DNA of 64,000 nt, from the NCBI GenBank assembly GCA_963662465.1, contig OY759599.1, positions 7,744,001 to 7,808,000 of the forward strand, read 5' to 3'. The notes beneath the pieces are model-generated. The model did no database searches and was not told where the DNA came from. It saw only the letters and a list, made by a program, of their open reading frames with translations. Each line of letters opens with the position of its first letter. The first letter of the stretch is position 1. The DNA comes from Desulfatiglandales bacterium. GTDB lineage: Bacteria > Desulfobacterota > DSM-4660 > Desulfatiglandales > Desulfatiglandaceae. A program made the translations under genes and the position numbers. Of the stretch, positions 57,830 to 64,000 are shown one piece after another.

Positions 57830-59628
57830 TCACGGTAAATTTGTTCTAACAGGTATCACGCTTGGGGCACTGAATTTTTGGTCATCTTGAGATAGTCGAA
57901 GACACCCCCTTACGTTCTGCGTGAGCTGGCGCATTTTCTGGGCTACACTGCGAACGCCTTTCGCCTTAATGACGTCCACCGCGAATCTACGCAGCCTGGT
58001 CATGTTTTCAGGACCATTGCCGGTTCTTATTCGGCTTCGATCTTCGTCGTAGTTCCAGTCGATGATGTAATGGCACTCGTTTTCAATGGTCCAGTGACCG
58101 CGATTGATAGAAAGTACACGTTCGGGATTCGCCTGATCAGGTGATTGACTCGTTATGCCGTAAGCAACCTCAACTGTGCATTTACCGGTTTTCTTGTTTG
58201 TAACTTCTCTCTGGATCATAAAAGCCTGGCCGACATACGGGAAATCCAGGTATAGGTTAAGTTCGGTAGTCGTCCATATTTTGCGCACTTCGATGCGACC
58301 ATGATCGGGAGCATCGTGTTGTATGAAATCAGGATCGTTGCAGCCCTCAAAATACAGGGAAATGTCTTGAAGTAATGTGGGCTGGTTGTTTTTGGCGATG
58401 AAATGGTAATGGGCGTTGCGTTGCTCGACCAAATATTTAGCAAAAGTCCTTTGGGTTAGCAGTGCGTCAGCTGAAATGACTTTGCCTTCGATATCGATCG
58501 CGTCCAGTAAAGGGGCAGCCGTTTTGATTTCATTGGTTCGCTTGAGTTCGTCTTTGCCTTCTACAGGGAGAGAACCGACTTTTTTTGGGTGTAACAGGTC
58601 TTAGTTTGATGGCCGACAGCACTCATGATGTGAGTCTGATAACCTTGTTCATCGATGGCATTACACATGGTTTTTCCATCGATGGCCAAGCTTTCGTCCT
58701 GTTCACCGTAAAGCAGATTCCAACGCTGGAGAGCTTTGTCGAGTTCTGTGGGGTCAACGCGAACCAGAACATCACGGATAGTAGACTGACTGGGAGCTAC
58801 ATAGCGCTTATTTTCATATCGGCAACGGAAACGCTCAAGGGCTTTTTGTCCAAGACCATTTACCCAATCGGATATCGCCAGATAACCGCGCATTCCGCAC
58901 AGTGTTGCGGCGGTGGCAATGGCCAGAACAGTGGAGAGCCTGTGACGTCGTCCCTGGGATCGACGCGGGTCGGGAATTTGAGCAAAAAAGTCGGGTAGCG
59001 ATTTCATATGTTCCGCACTGAGCATGATTTTGTAACCTCCCGTAAGATATGGTTTTTTGAGAACAGGTCGGGATAACAGCGATTGAACATTGGAAACCAA
59101 TGGTTTAAGAAAAACCATTTTCGGTGAATCCGCTTTATCGCTGTAGCCTTGGCGAGTTCGATGAAAACCCTTTGTTTTACCGACATATATCCAATTGGAC
59201 GCTCGATATACGGTTCCGTGGAATTGCTTTGGGTCCACAAAGGTTTCCAGGAGTACAACCGGATGCCCGAAACGCCCCTGCCAATCAGCCTGCATTCGCT
59301 TCCGGCATAATGAAAGGATACGGGATGCGAGATTCGGAATATGCCATTCGGGCAAAATCAGAAAACGACTGTTATTGGTCACCAGTTTCAGTCGATCGTA
59401 TTGATGGCGAAAATTCCATCCGATCCAGCTGTCCCTTGGTGTACATTTCAAAGCGGGAGCAGAAAAACTGACAAGCGCAATCCACTCACTATTTAGTCTA
59501 GCTGTATACCAGAGGGTTTCGCTGATCTTGGGAAGAGCGCCCAAATAATGATGCGACTGCATCAGATGCTGAAAGCGTTGTTCTTCAAGCGGGCGGACTA
59601 TTTGAATGCGGACTTGCTTAACGTTCAA
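57830..59628 (-). CDS. DUF4338-fused ISAs1 transposase, two ORFs joined by a -1 frameshift
   Basis: ORF1: HHYLG, NNSRFLILP, LETFVDP..FHGTVYRASNW, PDPR..GRRH.L, AIDGKT. A7G at 58579-58586 leads in -1 to TNEI, ADALLTQ, KNNQP, HGRIE, RGHWTIEN, EDRSRIR. Confidence 0.88.
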
Positions 59629-59752
59629 GAATTTAAACCCCGAATTGGTTTGGTGCCTGTCACAGTATATACACCATCCGAGGGTTTCTGTTCATAATGT
59701 AGCGCAACTTTTATATTTTATTTGGATAATTCGGAAGAATAAATTCACCCTG
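57831..59752 (-). mobile_element. ISAs1-family insertion sequence
   Basis: Terminal IRs CACGGTAAATTTGTTCT / CAGGGTGAATTTATTCT (14/17); 10-bp direct repeat GGGGCGTTAT at 57821-57830 and 59753-59762. Confidence 0.92.
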
Positions 59753-59798
59753 GGGGCGTTATGTTGCGTTTTGATTTTTCATTTGATAGAGTGTTTGC

Positions 59799-60803
59799 AT
59801 GCCAAGAAAAGCCCGCATAGATGCCCTAGGAGCGCTACACCACGTTATTGCCAGGGGGATAGGCCGTCGAAAAGTGTTTGATGATGATGACGACCGAGAT
59901 TTTTTTATTGAACGGTTGGGGGAAATTGTTTCTGATACGGAAACACAATGTTTTGCGTGGGCGCTGATGCCCAATCATTTCCATTTGCTTTTGAAAACCG
60001 GTATTATCCCTATCTCTACGGTCATGAAACGCCTCTTAACCGGTTACGCCATGCACTATAACCGGAGACACAAGCGGTATGGCCATCTGTTTCAAAACCG
60101 ATACAAGTCAATCCTTTGCCAGGAAGATTCATATCTATTGGAACTGACTCGCTATGTGCATTTGAACCCGCTTCGGGCAAAATTGGTATCTGATATGAAG
60201 GAGTTGAGCAACTATCCTTACAGTGGGCATAGCGTACTTATGGGGCGGGAAACTGCAGAGTGGCAGAATACGACAATCCTCGGGCTATTTGGTGATAAGA
60301 CGTCTGTTGCGCGGCGGCGGTATTTGGAATTTATAAAAAAGGGGATAGCTGCCGGTAAAAGGCAAGATCTCACGGGTGGGGGACTGGTTCGGAGCGTTGG
60401 TGGGTGGTCCGCTGTGAAATCATTGCGGAAGACCGGCGTATTCCAGAAGGGGGATGAGCGTATCCTTGGCGATGGTGAATTTGTGGAGAAGGTGCTTTCT
60501 CAAGCCGAGGAGGCATTCGAGAGGAAATATCGCTTGAAGGCCAAGGGGATTGATGTCGGCAGGATTGCCGAGAGAGTTGCCGACATTATGGGCATGGCCC
60601 CCGAAGCGATTTGGGCTTCGGGAAAACAGCCTAAGATTGTGCAGGCTCGCAGCCTTCTTTGCTACTGGGCGACCAGTGAATTGGGAATTCGTCAGGCGTG
60701 GCTGAGCCGGAAACTGGGGATTTCCCAAGCAGCGGTAAGTCTTTCGGTAAGCAGAGGACGTCGGATTGCATTAGAAAATCACTATGAGATTGGGAACTTA
60801 TAA
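59799..60803 (+). CDS. RAYT/IS200-like HUH (Y1) transposase with C-terminal HTH
   Basis: MPRKARID, HHVIARG, MPNHFHLL (HUH), HLFQNRYKS, RYVHLNP (catalytic Tyr), C-terminal ARSLLCYW...LGISQAAVS. Confidence 0.92.
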   Translation: MPRKARIDALGALHHVIARGIGRRKVFDDDDDRDFFIERLGEIVSDTETQCFAWALMPNHFHLLLKTGIIPISTVMKRLLTGYAMHYNRRHKRYGHLFQNRYKSILCQEDSYLLELTRYVHLNPLRAKLVSDMKELSNYPYSGHSVLMGRETAEWQNTTILGLFGDKTSVARRRYLEFIKKGIAAGKRQDLTGGGLVRSVGGWSAVKSLRKTGVFQKGDERILGDGEFVEKVLSQAEEAFERKYRLKAKGIDVGRIAERVADIMGMAPEAIWASGKQPKIVQARSLLCYWATSELGIRQAWLSRKLGISQAAVSLSVSRGRRIALENHYEIGNL

Positions 60804-61126
60804 ACTGATGAACGTCCCTGCCCCCTCTGTACCGTTCGTAAATCTTTAAGATTTTTAGGACGTTGAAGGTTTTCTAATACCGGAAAACTTTTGTTTAGGT
60901 ACTTATATTGTCAGTTACATCAAGTGGAGGCCTTGCCATGATTGAGCCAAAATCCTCGACTATGTTTGCGCCAAAATTGAAAAATGCTGACAGGAATGGC
61001 TGTTGGATGCAAGGAATTTAGAGAGAGATTAAGAGTCGATCCGGGCGAGGTAATGAAGGTATCCGGAAGCGGCCGGATCGGTTCGCGTGACGAGAGACTG
61101 AGGAAAACAAAAAAGGAGTTAAAAAG

Positions 61127-64000
61127 ATGAAAAGGAATTTTGTGCAGAGGCTACCGGTCTCATTGATGTTCATTCTGCTGCTGCTTTTGTTTCACTCAAC
61201 CGGATATGCCACCATGGGAGGCGAAAACGGTACCAGCGGCGTCAACAAGACCGTTTCCAATGATGTGAAAAGCGGCGACCCCATCTATACGGGCAGCGGC
61301 TCGGTGGACTTCCGAATGCCACTTCTGGATTGCAGGGGGTTGATGGGACTCTCCTTCACCTTTATCTATAACCGTGCCATTGACAACTGGTGGGGAGGAC
61401 CGGGCATTTATTTTCCCACCCACAACGACAATAGCAACGGCCCTACGAACTATTTCTGGTTCACCCCCTATTCGGCGGGGGCCATGTGGCATGAGCCGGA
61501 AGACATCCACCTTCCTTCCGGCGACTCGGCTTCTTTCAAGTTGAACGGCACGGTCTATGAACTCATCGAAAACGATCAATTTGATTACAAGGAAAACGGT
61601 TCCGTCATAAAATTTGCCGCCAAGGCGACTTACAGTCCTGATCGGTTCTGGGTCATGGATCCTGTAAGGGAACAGGTCCATGTCTATGAGTTGTACGGCC
61701 GCGGCAAACTCCTCTATACCCTTGACCGGAACGGAAATAAACTCTCCTATACCTATCGCCTGGATAATCGCCTGGATGAAATTTCGGACGGACTGGGCAG
61801 GAAATTCAGTTTCACCTATACCACGGTGGGGAGCAAGACATATCTTGAAACCGTATCGGACCAAACGGAACCCGACAATCCCCGCACCGTCGCTTTTGCC
61901 TATGAGGAGTCCGCCCCGGACATGGGGAATCTCCATGCTCTCCGCTCCATCACGGATGCTCTTGGTAATACCTACACCCTTCGCTGGCAGGGGGTGACCT
62001 CTGGAAGCAACACCTATTACGATAATCTGGTCAAAGTGGAAAACCCAAAAGGTCCGACTTATTTCCACGGGGAAAACACCTGGGATTATACGGGTTATAA
62101 AAATGCCCAGGGGGATGCCCGTTCCGGTATCAAGGTGGTCAACCAGAAAGATCCCTACGACAACGAAACCACGTTCGCTTACAACTACACCCCCTACTAT
62201 ACACAGGAAACCACGCCTGACGACAGTGTCCGCAAATACTATCACAACAACGCCCACGTGCCGCCGAGCCGGATCAACGATCCCACGGGAAAAGATATGA
62301 ATTTCACCAAGGATGCCAATAACCGTTTGACTTCGGTGACCGACCGCATGGTCGACACCACAACGGTTTCTTATCACGCGGAGACCGGGAAAGTCACGTC
62401 CATGCTCAACAACAAAGGCGATACCATCACCTATACCTACGTGCCGCAGAATCAGACCTTTGCCGATCCCGATACCCCGGCAAACACGGCGGAATTCACC
62501 TTTTACAACCTCACCCGGATCGATTACCCGGACGGCACAAACGAACAATTCACCTATGACGCCAGAGGCAATAGGCTCACCCGAACGGACCGAAACGGAA
62601 AGACCCGGACCTACACCTACAATGATAGGGGACAGGTCCTGACGATCACCAATCCTTTGGGCGGCGTGACCACCTACACCTACAACGCCGATGCCACCCC
62701 GGCATCCGCCACCAATTCGGACACGGGGACCACCACCTATGAATACGATGCCTATAAGCGCCTGAAAAAGATCATTCATCCCAATACGACCTTTGTGCAA
62801 ATGGCCTACGACCTGAACACTCGGATAACCTCCGTGACCGATGAGCTGGACCATGTCTACACCTACGCCTATGACGCCAACGGCAATCTGATATCAATCA
62901 CCGATCCCGCCAACAAGGCATCGCAGTATGCCCATGATCTCATGGACCGGGTAAATGAATTCACCAACCGGCTGGGAAAAAAGAGCCAATTGGCCTACGA
63001 CAACATGAATCGTCTGAAATCCGCCACGGATCCCAACGGAAACAAGACCCAATACGCCTACAACTCCCGCGGCTGGATGGACCGGGTCACGGACGCGGCG
63101 AACAAGGTGTGGCAAACCGGGTATGACGATGAAGGGCTCAGCGTCTCCCGAACCACGCCCCTTAATCTCACCACCACCATCACCCGCGACAAGCTGGGGT
63201 ATGTCACGGGCGTGACCGATCCCCTGGACCAGACTACAACCCTCACCCGGGACACCATGAGCCGGATCACCGCCTTCACGAACCCCATGGGCAGACAGAC
63301 GACCTACGGGTATGATGGAAACGAGCTTTTGACCTCCGTCACACTGCCGGTGGTTGGAACGGCTCAATACACTCGGAACGACCTGGGGCTGTTGAGCAAT
63401 ATACAGGATCTCAAGGGGAGCCACTGGACATTCGCCCATACGGACATGGGCAGGCTCGCGTCCATGACCGATCCTCTGACAAACCAGTGGCAGTATGCCT
63501 ATGACCCGCGAGGCCGACTCAACCGGGTGACCTACCCGGGCGGCGCCACCCAGACCCGAACCCTGGATGCCGCGAACAATGTCACGGCCGTGACCTATTC
63601 CGAAGGTCCCACCCTTAATTACACCTATGACGAACTGAACCGCCTGCTGACGGCCGACAGCATCGCCTTTACCTACAACGACACCGGTCAAGTCACGGCC
63701 ACCACCAATCCGGGGACGACTTTCGGGGCCACCTATGACGACGGTGGGCGTATCCTGACCGCTACCTACGCCGGTCTTTTCAGTGCGACCTATGAATACG
63801 ACAGCCGAAACCGCCTGAGCCGGGTGAGCGATTCCCTGACCAGTACCGCTGTCCAGTTCACCCATGACGACGATGGAAGGCTCACGGCCATCACCCGGTC
63901 CAGCGGGGCAAATACCGCCTTCACTCTGGATGACGCCTCGTGCATCACCCGTATTCAGCATGGCGCCCTGGCTGATCTCCAGTACGCCTACAACGGGGCG
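61127..64000 (+). CDS. RHS/YD-repeat protein with Sec signal peptide (partial, runs off window end)
   Basis: AAGGAG RBS, ATG 61127: MKRNFVQRLPVSLMFILLLLLFHSTGYA...GDPIYTGSG...; many YD repeats (TYDARGNRL, YNDRGQV, YDANGNL, YDPRGRL, YDELNRL). Not in the ORF track. Confidence 0.92.
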   Translation, partial: MKRNFVQRLPVSLMFILLLLLFHSTGYATMGGENGTSGVNKTVSNDVKSGDPIYTGSGSVDFRMPLLDCRGLMGLSFTFIYNRAIDNWWGGPGIYFPTHNDNSNGPTNYFWFTPYSAGAMWHEPEDIHLPSGDSASFKLNGTVYELIENDQFDYKENGSVIKFAAKATYSPDRFWVMDPVREQVHVYELYGRGKLLYTLDRNGNKLSYTYRLDNRLDEISDGLGRKFSFTYTTVGSKTYLETVSDQTEPDNPRTVAFAYEESAPDMGNLHALRSITDALGNTYTLRWQGVTSGSNTYYDNLVKVENPKGPTYFHGENTWDYTGYKNAQGDARSGIKVVNQKDPYDNETTFAYNYTPYYTQETTPDDSVRKYYHNNAHVPPSRINDPTGKDMNFTKDANNRLTSVTDRMVDTTTVSYHAETGKVTSMLNNKGDTITYTYVPQNQTFADPDTPANTAEFTFYNLTRIDYPDGTNEQFTYDARGNRLTRTDRNGKTRTYTYNDRGQVLTITNPLGGVTTYTYNADATPASATNSDTGTTTYEYDAYKRLKKIIHPNTTFVQMAYDLNTRITSVTDELDHVYTYAYDANGNLISITDPANKASQYAHDLMDRVNEFTNRLGKKSQLAYDNMNRLKSATDPNGNKTQYAYNSRGWMDRVTDAANKVWQTGYDDEGLSVSRTTPLNLTTTITRDKLGYVTGVTDPLDQTTTLTRDTMSRITAFTNPMGRQTTYGYDGNELLTSVTLPVVGTAQYTRNDLGLLSNIQDLKGSHWTFAHTDMGRLASMTDPLTNQWQYAYDPRGRLNRVTYPGGATQTRTLDAANNVTAVTYSEGPTLNYTYDELNRLLTADSIAFTYNDTGQVTATTNPGTTFGATYDDGGRILTATYAGLFSATYEYDSRNRLSRVSDSLTSTAVQFTHDDDGRLTAITRSSGANTAFTLDDASCITRIQHGALADLQYAYNGA

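Larger units (their letters stand above)
55241..60818. mobile_element. Inverted-repeat-bounded region containing RAYT-like HUH transposase(s) and cargo
   Basis: GGGACGTTCGTCAGATTATAAGTT (55241-55264) vs AACTTATAAACTGATGAACGTCCC (60795-60818): 22/24 inverted match. Confidence 0.65.

Noticed and set aside
61196..63961. Minus-strand ORFs of 552 and 355 aa
   Set aside because: Antisense shadows of the plus-strand RHS gene.

Overview
Bacterial window, probably from a sulfate-reducer-type deltaproteobacterium (Desulfobacterota). This is inferred from the split F1/b'-b ATP synthase operon, the zapB-zapA-rny order and the TRAP/CoA-ligase content. It has four parts. (1) 1-2680: the end of a probable genomic island at tRNA-Arg(ACG), with the 5' part of a DUF499-type defence ATPase missing from the ORF track, a truncated SLOG gene and AT-rich orphans. 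(2) 2.8-35 kb: core and metabolic genes (rfaE2, comF, DUF1998 helicase-exonuclease fusion, ABC-F, cyclase-CHASE2, tatA, purM, SCP2, bactofilin, atpF'FHAGDC, zapBA, rny, TRAP + acyl-CoA ligase, a standalone molybdopterin enzyme, REC-PAS-HD-GYP). (3) 35.3-51.5 kb: a Pfa/PUFA-synthase-like iterative FAS/PKS cluster (pfaD, pfaA with 3 ACPs, fused pfaBC) plus an alpha/beta hydrolase. PfaD has an unexpected integrase-like N-terminal extension. (4) 54-64 kb: a mobile/defence hotspot. A WYL pseudogene is cut exactly at a 24-bp inverted repeat. That repeat and its partner 5.6 kb away bracket a deleted and a complete RAYT-like HUH transposase, an AbiL-like ATPase/RloB pair and a DUF4338-fused ISAs1 element with a 10-bp target duplication. 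A signal-peptide RHS/YD protein then runs off the window end. All family calls come from motif recognition by eye; no database searches were run.
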